From Podospora anserina (Eukaryota): a stretch of DNA of 64,000 nucleotides. The position numbers and the translations under genes were made by a program. Under the pieces are notes generated by a model. It saw only the letters and a list, made by a program, of their open reading frames with translations, ran no database searches and had not been told where the DNA came from. Below are positions 36,379 through 49,666 of this stretch, piece after piece (the first letter of the stretch is position 1; each line of letters opens with the position of its first letter). Location of the stretch: positions 1,488,001 to 1,552,000 of the forward strand of contig CM030338.1 of the NCBI GenBank assembly GCA_017654855.1, read 5' to 3'.

Positions 36379-37807
36379 AAACAACGCTGTGCTGCGTGTC
36401 TTGGTTATGTGTGTGGTCGTTGGTGTCGCGGGGACGAGAGCGGCCTTCGTGGTGGTGGTAGTGGAAGAGGTGAAGTGAAGTGGGTTTGGTTGATGGCGGA
36501 TCAGCAAAAGAGCAGATGCGAAATTTTTGACCTGGCGCTGGGTCCTGGGATGATGGATGCTGGCTGAGCGGGGAGTGGATCTGCCCTGCGACAGTGAATA
36601 CTTTTGTTATAAGAGTAAGTCCCTGCTCCGGCAGCTTGGCTGGTAACAGATGAAGAGAAGAGAGTTGCCCGTACCTCTTGCAGTTGTTTATTCGTGGATG
36701 GAGGAGAAAGAAAGAAAGAGATTTTTGCGACAAGCGGGCAGAGGTCAAATTATAGAACCCCATACAAAAAATTAAGGTTCCAGGCACCTGCCCACTGGCC
36801 ACCAGGCAAACCAAGGCCACGCAGGAAAGGTCTGTGGTGGAGTGGATCGCCCCCCGCTAAGCGCATCTTTGGCTACCTAAACTTCATCACCCGCGAATCT
36901 CATGAACTCAAACCCCGCCTTCCTCTGCTGACTTGCCCCGCTCCTTCTACTGGCCTTCTGTTTCTGGGCCGAGTTGCAGGCGGCAAAGCAACCGAACACG
37001 TTCTTTTGATTTTTCTTCGTATTGTGCGTGTTTGTGTGCCATGTGCGTGGATTTTTCCAAGCTTTCTTCAAAGAAGCCCTTTGCCCCTCCCCCCTCCCCC
37101 CTCCAAGCAGCCCGCCCTTTCCCCCACTTCCTGCCGGACTCAGGCTTGACAAACACAACCCGAAACACGGGAGGCGGCCTGTATTTCGATGCCCAACACT
37201 CTGCCTGCTTACGGTGCAATCTGGATTTGTACGGCAATTGTTCACTCTGCTTGGTATATCAGGTATCAAACAGCTATTCCACGTGACAGGTAAAAAAAAA
37301 AAGCCTTGGTAGCTTTTCACAAGGCACAGCTTTGGCGTGCCACCGTCTCCAATATAAATTTGGCCACCGGTAATATGGTACGATGCATTTGGCCGGCTGT
37401 CCGGACGTACCGCGGGCCCTTGAATTTTATCAGATCGGTCTATCAAGGTTTACCCAGCCCCCGGTATGTTGATATGGCAGTGTTGTCTTACATGACAACA
37501 TTGTCGACTGCCAGGCGATTGGCCATTCAAGCAGAGCCGCACGCTGAAGAGTCTGACAGAAAGGCAAGATCAGAGCCAGACCGGTCCAAGATATCATTTT
37601 ATTAAAGAATTACAAACAGACATTTGGGTTTCAGCTTTGTATCCCTTCCATCATACACTGCCCGTGTATCATTCTGACCAACCCCCCTTTCTGATCTTTC
37701 ACTCCATACAAAGCCAACCCACAAATACATATACTAAAACAAAGTTCAAAGACAAAAAAAGACAATAAATTAGCGAGGGTATTTTGTATCTCACTCCCCA
37801 AAATCAA

Positions 37808-38635
37808 CTACCTCCAAAACATCATTCCAATACCAATCACCGTCCCCATCACCAAACCCAAGTTGCTCCTCTCCTTCAAAGACTCCCCAGCATTAACAGC
37901 CAAAACAGTATCAAACGGGCTTCCTCCTCCCCCTCCCGGAACCACCACAACATTCTCTTCATCACCACCCCCCGTCTCAGCCGGCGCCTCCTCACTACTA
38001 GTAGCACTAGGCCCAGCACTCTGCACAAAAGTCGGGATAATCGTCGGCAACGACGTAGTGGTCTCATCCCCTCTAACAGCCTCGCTCGTCGTCGTTGTCG
38101 TCGTCGCCGTCGTCGTCTCCACCACCGCACTCGAGCTCGTAGGAGGACGAACTGTAGTAAACGTCAACATCTCATCCCCTTGTCCCTCGCTCCTCGTCAC
38201 CGTCGTCTCCCTCACCATCGTGCTGCTCGTGCTAGCCGTCGGCCGAATGGTGGAAGTAACAACAGTACCTTGCCCCGGCGCCCGACACAGCGCCTGACCC
38301 AACCCGCCCTGCAGCGCCAGCCACAGCCACGACCCCCTGGTGACAGCCACATCGGAGCATCTCTCCCTCAGCGAGTCCTCCTTATCTCGAATACCCCGCC
38401 GGCAGGCAATCGTGCATTGCCCTTGTGCAATGTCGAATTTTCGGCAGTTGAGTATGGGCGCGTTGTAGGACAGGATGCACGAGATTGGGATGGCGAGCGA
38501 GGGTATTAGTTGGAGGTCCGAGAGGGAGAGAAAGCTGGCCGACGTGACCGAGGAGGTGTCGTCTTGGGCGGTGGATAATGAGGATAGTGATAAGATGGTG
38601 AGGAGGAGATGCGGTATTCTGTTGTGGTTGAACAT
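37808..38635 (-). CDS. Secreted, probably GPI-anchored Ser/Thr-rich cell-surface protein with an N-terminal 6-Cys domain
   Basis: Signal-like MFNHNRIPHLLLTILSLSSLSTAQ, six Cys, T/S-rich stalk and hydrophobic C-terminus LGLVMGTVIGIGMMFWR. Confidence 0.8.
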   Translation of the reverse strand: MFNHNRIPHLLLTILSLSSLSTAQDDTSSVTSASFLSLSDLQLIPSLAIPISCILSYNAPILNCRKFDIAQGQCTIACRRGIRDKEDSLRERCSDVAVTRGSWLWLALQGGLGQALCRAPGQGTVVTSTIRPTASTSSTMVRETTVTRSEGQGDEMLTFTTVRPPTSSSAVVETTTATTTTTTSEAVRGDETTTSLPTIIPTFVQSAGPSATSSEEAPAETGGGDEENVVVVPGGGGGSPFDTVLAVNAGESLKERSNLGLVMGTVIGIGMMFWR

Positions 38636-40267
38636 TGTGTTTGGTGTGGTGAGCTGCTGATATGATTCAAGAAGGACGAGAAGATCCAAAGTAAAAAGTC
38701 GAGCAAAGGTGAGTGAGTGGGTTTGATCGTGTGTGTCCCCCCAGGAAAAAGCCGAAACTGGATCTGCTTCAATGGCGGTAGATCCGATCAGTTCGACTGT
38801 CAATGCGGCTGAACAACCGTCCGTCCTGCCGGACACAGCACTCGATTCGAGGTTTTGCCTTATCGTCGGTCGTCTCGTGATGGTGGGGTGGTTTTCTTCT
38901 CGTTGCTTTATGCCGCCTGTGTCTGGTATGCTTTCGAGGTGGTGATGAGGATCCAGCAGATAAACCCCAGCCGTCGCCCACTCGAAGATGAACAACAATT
39001 AAACCCAAGGTCACCTCTCAACAAAAGGCCTCCAGTCCTGGCAGTGCCTCGCAAGTGGCAAAAGAAAGAAGAGACGAAATGTAAGTCGGTGAAGGTCAAA
39101 TGGCTGGGTCAATGAGGTCAGACCAAAGAGGCCCGAGTCGATCTTTATGGTGTTGATATGGTCGCTACTGCTCCTATTGTTGTACCACACTCCTTCCCGT
39201 TCAAGCCAAAAAAATTACCAACAAACGGCAAGAACAGATCAAACAGAAGAGAAAAGAAAGAAAGATCGAAGCACAGCTTCCTCAGGTCGAAAAGAATTGG
39301 AAAAAACCAGTTTGCGCCCCCTTCACCAACGGGTGTGGAATGGGGAATGACAAACAGACAAGAAAGAAGAGAAGGTTGGGTTGGGTGTTGGAAAGACTTC
39401 CCCGGGCCGATCGACGAGCCTTTACCTTACCACCACAGGGCAAACACAGCATTCCAGGCGGAAGGTAGGTAGACAGGCGTCCATGTCGCCCATATATTCC
39501 ACCACCACCACCACCACCTTGACCCAACCATTCCCCCAGTCCAGTCCTATCAACCTCACCATCCCACCATCCCATTCCATTGGATCCCACCCTCCTCTCT
39601 CGAAGAAAAAAAGGGCTGGATCAAAATGACGAACAGATTCTGAGACAAGGGTTCATCCTCGACCGTTCGCACCATCCACTCGCTTCCCTCTCTCCCTCGT
39701 CCACGCTTTTGGGTTACACCACCCTCGCAGCCAATTACCTCCCCAAGAAGTGTGTGCTCGGGCGCCAAAAAGCGTTGAAACGAAACAGAGCTCGCGTTTG
39801 AGAGGCTGCCCCTTTGCTACCCCTGATGCGGCTCTGATTGGTTGCTTCAGAATTGGGCTTGGCGATGGTAGGTTGTGCGATGGTACACAATGGTTGGAGT
39901 GGCGCTCGGACCATCAAGGGGTTGGATATCTGTGCCACCGCTCATGATAGTACCCCTGAGCCAAGGACGATGTTGAGTGAAAGGCAGGTGAGCTTCTTTT
40001 GTAGGTGTAACTTGTGTTGTTGTTGTATTATCATATTTGCTCTCTAGACACCAGCGTTGTAGCCCAGCCTAGCCTTGTAAATCTGTATTGTGTATCTCAA
40101 CATTCATCGTTGAGATGCCGTCGCTCTTGTGATGCCATATGTTATAAACCCGAATCCATATCAAATCCAAACCCTGTGAACTCCCTATACCCATGCTCCA
40201 TACCCCATATCCCAAACATAAACGCTCAACAATATCATAGTATACAATCCCGCTCCCATAGATGAAA

Positions 40268-42084
40268 TCACGACCTCTTCTGCCCCATCTCCTCCCCCGC
40301 AAAATCATCCCACTCCTCCCCCAACTCCCCCAGCCCACCACCACCACTCACCCGTCTCCCAACCCAAATCCCCCCAGCCGTCAACCCGCTCGCAACCAAA
40401 AACCACCCCTCAAACCACCGATCCACAAACGCCGGCTCCAACGCGCTCTCCAACGCATCCCCCACCGACCTGCCCACCTCCTTCGGCAAACTACTCCTCA
40501 GCAACAACGCCGCCGAAATCACATACGTCGCAGCGATCTGCCCTATCAGCAGCGCCAAGTTCGCTTGGGCTTGATACAGCACCCCCGGCATCCACTTCGC
40601 AAACAACCTAAACGTCTGCAGGACCGAATTCGCGCTCGCCGCCAGTATGACACCCGACAACAAAAAAGAGATCTGACGCGCCCAGGCGAGTTGATCCAGT
40701 TTCGGGTCCCAATGTTTTGCCAGCAGGCCCAGAAACCGGGAAATCGGGTCCGACGACGAGAAAGAAGGCGAGTAAAGCGACGACGGGTAAGAACTCAGGT
40801 TCCGTTTGAGCGTGGTAAGAACCGTAGCAAGAATGCGATACACGCAATACCCCGCAAAAACATACTGCGGCACCGCCAACACCCTCCCCACCACCGTCCC
40901 ATCCCTCGCGTGAGCCTTCTGCCGCGCCTTCAGCTGCGCCAGACTCCCCGCCAGATTCGCCTCCATAGTCTCCAGACCCGAGATTTCCATTTGTAGGGCT
41001 TTAATCTCTGCTTGTTCAGCACTCGTCCCCATTCCCCCAGTCACAGCCTTGATCCCGCCCAAAACCTTCCCCATGATGCCATTTGATCCCTGGTGATGTT
41101 GTTGCTGCCCCCTCCCACCCCCTCCGCCATCTGCGCCTTCCGCTGCAGACTCCTCAACCGATGTTTCTTCGTAACAAGCAACTCACTCGTCGCATCCAAA
41201 CCAGCTTGCTTCCTCGCAATATCCGTATCCGTAATCGGCCGCCGTTTATACGCCCGGTTATCACTAAAGATATGCCACGGGCTGCTCACGCTCGCAAACC
41301 CCGACAGCAGCGCCATGCTCAATATACCAATAACCCCTATCCTTTCCAAACACGCCCTCGACAGTCCACCACCACTCTCCCCCCCTCCTGACATCCCACC
41401 ATCAACCCTGGTCCTCTGAACCACGCCCGTAATCCGCCCCATCCACCCCCCAGCATCCCCAGCATCCCCATCCCCCCCCCCCACAACCCTCCCCAACCAC
41501 CAAAAACAAACCAACCACCCCCCAAAAACCCCCATCTGCAACCCCCAAGCAACCCTACTCCTCTTCCCCCTCCCATCCCTCCCCAACCGCAACCCCAACC
41601 CCCCCCCAACAACAGATTGCACCTCCAGAAATGGTATAACCCCCACCAGCAAAACCAACAAAGTCGGAACAGTAACCCTCAACCCCACCGTCCTCGCCGT
41701 TGGTATCGCCTCTGCCACCTCAGCTAGTATCAGTTCCGCCAGCACCGCGCTCAACCCTAGTGTCCCAGAAAAAGTGTAGGCGGCGATTTTCCGCCGGGGC
41801 GACTTGCTCGCGTGCTCCTCGTGCGCTTGACGTAGCGACAAGGGCGCAGACGCAGGAAGGAAGTGGTCTTCCCCGTCGGAGATGCCTGATGAGGCTGAGG
41901 AGGAGACGCGAGACTGGAGGGAGGCGAGGTGGGGGAAGAGTTTGGTTAGGGAGATGGAGAAGACGAGGAGGAAGGTGAGGAGGAAGGGGGTTAGGGCGAG
42001 GAGGGTGGGGATGCTGAAGGTGGAGGGGAGGCAGGAGGTGGAGGTGGAGGTGCAGGTGGTGTCGGAGTCGGAGTCGGGGGGCAT
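40268..42084 (-). CDS. GPR89/GTG (Golgi pH regulator / ABA-GPCR-like) membrane protein, interrupted by a 1-nt frameshift near 41110
   Basis: 5' ORF has CLERIGVIGILSMALLSGFASVSSPW. 3' ORF has EISGLETME, YCVYRI, SDPISRFL, QISFLLSGVI, QIAATYVISAALLLRS, FVDRWFEGWF. The two halves are in different frames with no intron signals at the junction. Confidence 0.85.
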
Positions 42085-42489
42085 TCTTGCTCTGGTGGTG
42101 ACGGTCGCGAGGATGAAATAGAAGGTAGATTTGCGTTGAAAAGTTTTGGTTGTTGTTTAAGGGTATGTTTAATCGCCTGCTGCGGCACTCTCGGATTTGG
42201 CTTTCGGATTCGGTGGACCAGGCAGGCAGGCCTTGTTTGTTCGATCGTCGTGGCCTTGGTGATAATCAATCAACCAATCCGTCTATCCCAATTATCCGCT
42301 CGTGATCGTGTGTCGTGTTTGCACTTGCGACTACCTCTGCGCTGCTACTACTCCTGGTGCTCGGGCTGGCGGCGCTGGTGGTAGTGGTGGTTTGCGACAA
42401 GACACAAATGACCAGAGCATTATACCATATCCCTTTCTACTTCCGAAATTTATGTGTCAACTCAAACCCTTGCTGGTGTGTCGTTGGGC

Positions 42490-42513
42490 AAAAAAAAAAA
42501 AAAAAAAAAAAAA
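42490..42513. repeat. Poly(A) tract of about 23 nt
   Basis: Visible directly. Confidence 0.85.
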
Positions 42514-43241
42514 GGATCGGAATTCTGGTACACACTCCTTGTACGTAAAAGCTGAAGCTCGTTTGTGTCGTCGTCGGCGGAACGTTTGCACAGGAACGAA
42601 AAGCGATGGGCATGACGAACGAGAATGGGCGCGTCTAGCTCAATGGCCGGCTGGGGACCCCGGATTTTTCTGTAAGGGAGCTTGGACCATTCCCCGCCAT
42701 CCACCTATCCATCAGCCTCACTGCTCTTGGCTGCCTTTCAAACGTGAGACTTGCCCGATGCGTAAAGACACGTGGACGTTCTCAAACAGAAACAACAACC
42801 AAGAGAGAGAAAAGATGAATAGCTATTATATATACACCAGGACCTAGAGGATCGCTGGAGTTCTGCCAGCCCATTGATAGTAATATACAAGTTACGGATA
42901 CAGTTAAAGCGCTTCTCTCTTCCTGCTTTGGACATCCCATCCATCAAGCACCCACCCCTTCTCGCCAATATCTCACTGTGTACTTTCTATAACGCATCTC
43001 AACTCCCCAACTTCCCTCCACTCATCTCGTGTAAAAGTGCCAAAGCCTTAGGTAGAGCAAATTTCCGCTACTGTCATGTTTTGTTGGAGCCCAATCCAGA
43101 CCTGAAGTTTTGATTCGAAAGAGAAGAAAAACAGCCTCTCCCGTTTCCTTATTCAGTTTCAATTGCGCCCCAACACCTTGCCGTGTGATAAAAGCCAAAA
43201 TCCACCCAAAAAGAGAGAAAGAAAAACGAGCGAAATCAATA

Positions 43242-45758
43242 TCATCCACTGGTCCTATCCTGGGACTCATCGTCGTCGTCTTCTTCATCCACCTTTGTAG
43301 ACTTCAATAAAGCCGCAGCCTCGCCTACTTCCATATCGTGTAGTCGTTTCTTCTGCTCCTGTTCCTTGATGATTTCTGTCTGCTTTCGCGCCCCATTCAA
43401 GTGCGGCGGTGACGAGACAGCCTCCACCTCGAAGTCGTCGTCATCGTCCCCGCTATCATCATTGTTATCGTCGTCCTCATTGTCGTCGTTGTCACTTTCG
43501 TTGGCCGGTGCTGCTGGGCTTGGTGAAACCGACGCAGTTCCGACAGACGAAGGGGTGGCTAGCGCCGACGGGGATGATCGGCGAGAGTTGGACCCCTTGG
43601 GGTTGTACGGCTTTATCGTGGGGTCGAACCTGGCCGGCAGGCCAATGGCTGCTGCCACCCGGTGGGCTTCCTCGTCGGCCGAGATGGCCTTCTCCAGCTC
43701 GTAGATACTGCTCGTCTCGCTATCCGCCTCGTGTTTTCCAGAGTTATAAGCCAGCATCTGCGCATAGCTCTGTCGACTCGGGTCGTGGGACCGCTTCTCC
43801 TTCTTCTTGGCTCGTTTTTCGTCGGGCCTAACCACCACAACCGGAATAGGGATGTACTGAAGGCAGTATTTGGAGAAAGAGTTGCGCGTATTGACCAGAC
43901 CCTGAATACCACCCATCGAGCGGCCCTTGGTGCCAACCACCAACATGGAGGGGTTGTACATGCTAAGCTGGGGGGGGTTTAGGTTAGCATTCGTACCCGC
44001 ACCGTGGGAAGAAAAACATGTATACGTACTAGCTGCTGGAAAGTGTCGTGGAGCTTGCCTACAGCATATTCGAGGACCAGTTTGATGGCCCTGTTGTGTT
44101 CGTTCTTTTCCTGAATGGATTGGAGTAGCTTTTCCGCGTCCTCCTTGTAGTTCTTGTCGACCCGAAAGGGGGTTTCCACCACCCTCACACAGATCACCTC
44201 ATCGCCGTCGTCCACCATGTTGGTGAGCAACCAGACCAGCGCATAGTCGGAATAGGAGTGCTCATCAAGGCCAACCATAAAGGTGCGGGACCGGCGTGAT
44301 GCTTGGTAGCCGTCATGTTTGGCGTGAAGTGTCAATGACGCTGGATTGTTCTTTGTCGCTTCGCCAACCGGAAGGTTGTCAAAACCGACATGCGATCGAA
44401 ACCTGTGGGGCGCAGGGCTTTCTGTTAGCATCGCCATGAGACGTTGGGTGTCTTCTCAGCCAGACAATTGGTAAGAAAAGTGGCCAGGAAACCAGTTCGG
44501 AGTAAGAATGATAATGGTGCAACGGGGGTCAACTAAAAGGGCAGATAGGTGCAGGGATGACGGAGGCAACATATATCGTCGAATAAGGCCACTGGGCTTC
44601 TAGGAGGCTCGACAGGAACAAGCTTAGTACCGTTAAGTATCTGGAGGGCCGGGGAGGGGAGAATGACGCAGGGAAAACGTGACGCATGTACATCACAGCC
44701 ACAGCCCAGAAAAACACATGCGCAAAAAGTGAGAAGAGAGAGAATGGCAGACCCCTCACTTGACACGCTGCTCGGCTAACGGGATCTGGGCTGGAGGCAT
44801 GACATCTGTCGAGCGAGCCCGCCGTCTAGCGAGTGATTTGGTGGGGTGGCGGGGTTCTAGTGGTTGACTTTGGGGTGGGCTTCATCCATCGGCGCCTTTT
44901 TTTTCCATGATAGTCTGCTGAGCGATGATGCGAGCCAAGTATCCCCAAGAAAATTGCGCCCGCGGCTTGCTGCTGGTATAACCTCCCGTTTGTCCTGCCA
45001 CCACGCACCGAACCAGCTCGCCAGCATCATCATGATCATCGTATTCTTCTCTCCTTGTGCCACGCGATATCCTCCAGACGACGTTTGGTAATGGGATCAG
45101 AGGTTCACACACAGCTCCAAGGCCGGGGGATATGCAATCATCCGGAAACAAGAGCTATCCCCGTCCAAAAAAAGGACCACTTGGACCCGTGTGCACAAGC
45201 ACAGGTTGCGCGTGTACCTCGACTCAGCCGAACGGGATCGATCTGCACCACACCGGAATGGGGGTCGGAAGGGGTCAGGTACACATGCAGGTAGGGTCAG
45301 ACTTACTTCACAGGTTCGGGCGACGCCTCCCGGAGTCTCGTTTTTATATCCGTTTTCCGGTGCGCGCCTTGCGGGAGGCTTGGATTTCGAGGAGGGCGGA
45401 ATGTGACAGAGGCCGTCGAGGATTTTCTAGATGCGACGCCCGGCCGGTTGCTGCTAGCATTCGAGGCTTGTCGCAAATCATCCACACCGTCCTCTGCCGA
45501 GTTGGACGACGACGTAAAGGTGTTGGTACTAGCGCCCGATGACGCCGTCGCCAGTGGTGGGAACGGTATGGTTGCGCCGGGCGATGTCTGAGGAGACTGC
45601 GGGGGGCTTATGTTGGCGGCGAAATAGTCGGTGGGAGCTTTAGAGGTGGTGGTAGTGGTTGTGGTTGTGCGCGGCGAGACATCCGAGTCGGGGCTCTTCG
45701 CCGCCTTGGAGGAGGAGATCAATCCGGCAACATTTTTTTTGAATGTTTTACCGGCCAT
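43242..45758 (-). CDS. Universal stress protein (USP) domain protein
   Basis: Exon 1 45307-45758, intron 44403-45306, exon 44030-44402, intron 43968-44029. Motifs RTFMVGLDEHSYSDYALVWLL..DDGDEVICVRV and MLVVGTKGRS..SFSKYCLQYIPIPVVVVRP. Confidence 0.85.
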
Positions 45759-48700
45759 CGTAGGTCGGATATGTGCGTATGGGAGAGTCTGGGTAGACGG
45801 GTGCTATGCCAGTGCTTGAGCGGCCTCACGGAGAGGCCAGCAGAGGCTATCCAACAACAACAACTTGCATAGAGCTGTTGGAAAACTCGGTTGGTGAGAT
45901 GTTCCCACTTGGACTGGTGCTGCTGACGGCACCAGGCAAGCAACGGGAACTTGCTTCCAGGAGGTGGTGAAGAAGGTGCTTGCTCGGTGAGCTTCGTCGC
46001 AAACGGCGTCGAGTTGATTTGTTGTGATTTTAAGCTGTGGCTACTGGGTCTCGTCCCGGCAAAGGTTTTGACAACGGATGTGTGTTATGCTGAACTTGTT
46101 GATGGATGAGAATATGAACAATTTGAATGTATGTCGATGTTGCCTGTTGGAGGGGGGAAAGCTCTCTCTCAGATGGTTCGCAAACGGAAACTGCACTGGT
46201 TCAAGCAGAGCTGGGTGGTCGAGCAGGTGGGGCACTCGAGGGTACTTTGAGGAGTCTTGGTCGTTGTGCTTCTCTTGTCACGCAGCCAAACGATACTCTC
46301 TCGGTACCGTGATGCAATGTATGCAACGGTTTTATATGGAGCAGTAAAAGGAGATGGCACGAGGCGGGCGAGGTTTGGGAAGGAAGAAAGGGAAAGTCAG
46401 AAGAGGCCAAGCTGTGGATGGCACCCTAGTGGTTAGATATCTGATCCCGTCTTAAGAGCGTGAGAGCCAGACAGAGCCGGACCCCAAGTCACCACCGCTT
46501 CCATTTTTTTCTTTTGTCTTGGCGGGTGGGCTGTTTCCTGGCTGTCCAATCTGGCAAGGGTATGAAGGGTCCAGGAAGTGCCAGGGAAGGGAAGTCGGTA
46601 CGGCATGGAGAGGCAAGACCGTTAATCTTGCTAGCGGCCTTGCGTTGTCCATCATGGTGCAGCTTTGGTGCAGCTTTGATGAATCTGGATCACCAGACGG
46701 CTATTCGGCCACCCTGTCCCTAGCCAAGCTGGTCTAGCACTGTCCCGGTAGCGTCGAGACTGCCACGGCCTGGACCTGGACCTTGACGCGGGGCACTGCG
46801 AGTGACGCACATCCGCCAGTCTGAATAGCAGCGGCCAGTCCCGAGAGCCGATCACTGACCTCCAATTCTGTCATCCAACTCTCTCCCAAGAAGCTTCGGA
46901 CAACGGGCAACCTGGAACACCTCGAGTCCTGTAACACATCCGCACCTGTTGTGCGGCGAAACACAACAGGACCAAGCTTTCTCGACCGGCCAGGCGATAG
47001 AGCCTTGGCAGCCCGTAGCTCAGGTCTGGCACAACACGTCGTCGTCTTTGCCTCTTGTCTCTTGTTGCTCGTCTCACTGGTCTCGTCTCGGGTGGGTGAA
47101 CAACGAAGGATCCCATTCGGTGACCACTCCTGGGAGCTCCCGGTCTCAATAAAACGCACCTTTACAGGTCACTTGAGCCCTTGACATCCCGGGGTAGATG
47201 TGGTATGTAGAGATGGATCTAGCATCTGCCCAATACCACCTGGTACTGCTCCCGTTGAACTCCCATCTCCCGCTACTCTGCCGCCGACACTATTACTACC
47301 GCCACGCTGGACTACCGACCGCTGCCGCGCCCACCACCACCACCAACAGCCACTGCCATCAACATCATCACCATCGTCGGCAAGCTGCCTTGCTCGGATG
47401 TGCCCTTACACCATCCACCACCCGCCCTACCCCCGCTACAGATTGGCCTTGCAGAAACAAGACGGCAGCAACGGCAGATGACCCCACCACTGATGGCAGC
47501 GGGTGGTCCTTGGGTTGTCTTGGGAAGTCTTGGAACGAAGGTCCAGCTTCTGCCGCCAAGGTGCTAATCAGTGGGGCTGCCGTCAGCGAGGTCTTGTGAG
47601 GGCAAGCCACCGTCCCCCGGAACCGTCCCCGTAGGTTTACCGGTAGGTCACTTCCCTTCTCTACAGATACAGGAGAGGGGGGCATTGGAAAGCGGTCAGT
47701 GAACTACCTGATGATGGAGCAACAGCTACCTATCCACTTGCTACCGCCACAAGCAGAAGGTGAGACTGCCCGTGCCTGTACATACGGAGGGCGGGAGGTT
47801 TCCGTGATCTCTTCAGGGTCTCTTTTGCCAAGTGTCTTGTCTCGGACACAGGGCTGGCTGGGAGGAGAGAGAGAGAGAGGCAAGACATTTGTTACTTGAT
47901 CGGTATGCAAAAGCCCCGATATCAAACAACCACCCGGCACCTTTTACATACACCGTCTGTGTACCTCTCGCTCTCTCTCCGTCAATTCCATTCCGGGATA
48001 TGAGCTCATCTATTATCGCGTTGCTGTCGGAATATCCGGAGGGGGGTCCGCCCGCCCTTCTTCGTATGTGTATTGGAAATCAAAACATTGTCCACCCATC
48101 CATCCAGCATGTGCTACCGACGAAGAATAAGGTCGGTCCAACAAGGAAACGCACAAGAGATTCATGACGATGCTTGGGGCTTCGGCACGGTGGTGGGCTG
48201 GGCTTTTGCGGGACAAGACTCGAAAACCGACTTGGCAAAATGAGACGTACACTACGCTACACTATCAAGCAACAAAGTTGAGGTTTAGATAGAGTGATCT
48301 CCAAGGCTTGCTTGAACCTATAAGGGTGGGAGAGCCTCCTTGGGCGTGCGGCTTGCATATGCATGCCTCTTTCTCACACACACACATTCACATTTACAAT
48401 TCAATCTTGTCACGACATACAACTTGGGGGGAAATGGGAAGGAGATAGCCCGAACGGCCGACAACATCCGAAGATGGAAAAAAACGTGTTGTTGTACAAA
48501 GCTAGAGCTTATTACAGGACTCCTCTATCCACCGCGTCGTCGGCGGCGGAGGCGGCGGGGTAGCATGGAGGGGAGGGGAGGGGTGTGAAGTGAGTTGTGT
48601 GGTTCCAGATCTCTCTCTGTGGGTTGGTGGTGGTGGCTGGTGCGTGGGTGGGTTTGGGCTTTGCTAGCAAGTGTCCATCCGGAGGCCTCCCTCTCAAAAC

Positions 48701-49397
48701 TCCTCTTTGTGAGAGAGGGACTCCATCACCACACCGCATCATTCTTTGACGAGAAGGGAAAAACGTGGACAATTGTTGCGTTCCACTGCTTGACACCTTT
48801 TTTTCTTTAAGGTTTCAGTTTGTCATCTCCGGCTTGGCTCTTTTTTGATGGAGGGAGGGAGGGGGGGAAAAGTCTTTGGGGCAGGGTCTTTGATGGATGA
48901 ACATGCATGCATGCAAGACTTTGATAGTGGTTTTAGAGCTGGGAAAAGACTTTTTCTTGAGAGTAATAAGAAGAATTGTGTAGAGCATGAGTCACTTACG
49001 GCGACATAATTTCTAGACCAGGTCGGTCTTCAGTACCTTATTGGTAGAATGCCTCTTGGGCACCCAATTCATATCTCCCAGCACTACCTGACTTGAGCCT
49101 GTGTAAAACACACCTAGGTAGGTACCCAAAGTAACACCAAGCAACCCGTACATTGTGAGAAAATGTCGGTACTTGAATAGACGCCGGCCCAGGTTGATAG
49201 GGTTCGACTACTTGTCAAACGCAATGTACAAATGCACATGGTCAATAGAGTAAGTAATGCAAGTTGCTCCACCAAGCCTAGAAAAAAGGAATCTCTTAGA
49301 TGACTGGCAACTCGGACCACCTCACCACTAGCTGTACAGACCACCCTGCCTACACCCAGCGATCAATTCAATCAATTAGCCAGCCAATCAAACTACC

Positions 49398-49666
49398 GCA
49401 AATATCCAACCAACACAAAATTGACCGTGCGGGCCACTTCTACCTACAGGAGTTTGGCTTCACCTCGGTTTACCTCTAAGCCGATTCCCAGGCCCGATCA
49501 AATCCACCATGATTTCTTTTTTTTCCTCATACAAAGCTCTACCTTTGCAATTTCCAGCCTGATTTTCCGCTACTTGGCAAGCCGGAGGCTGAGCCGGTAG
49601 ACGGCAGCTACACCTATATTAGTATGGTAGCCCGCACGGACAATTGCGTGTTGGTTGGGTATTTGC
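49398..49666. repeat. Imperfect inverted repeat: 37-bp core arms with 195-bp spacer
   Basis: 49398-49434 gcaaatatccaaccaacacaaaattgaccgtgcgggc matches the reverse complement of 49630-49666 (gcaaatacccaaccaacacgcaattgtccgtgcgggc) at 33/37 positions. Confidence 0.85.

Noticed and set aside
38636-38998. N-terminal extension of the GPI-protein ORF from TTG 38998
   Set aside because: The signal peptide begins at ATG 38635; the upstream part reads like 5' UTR.
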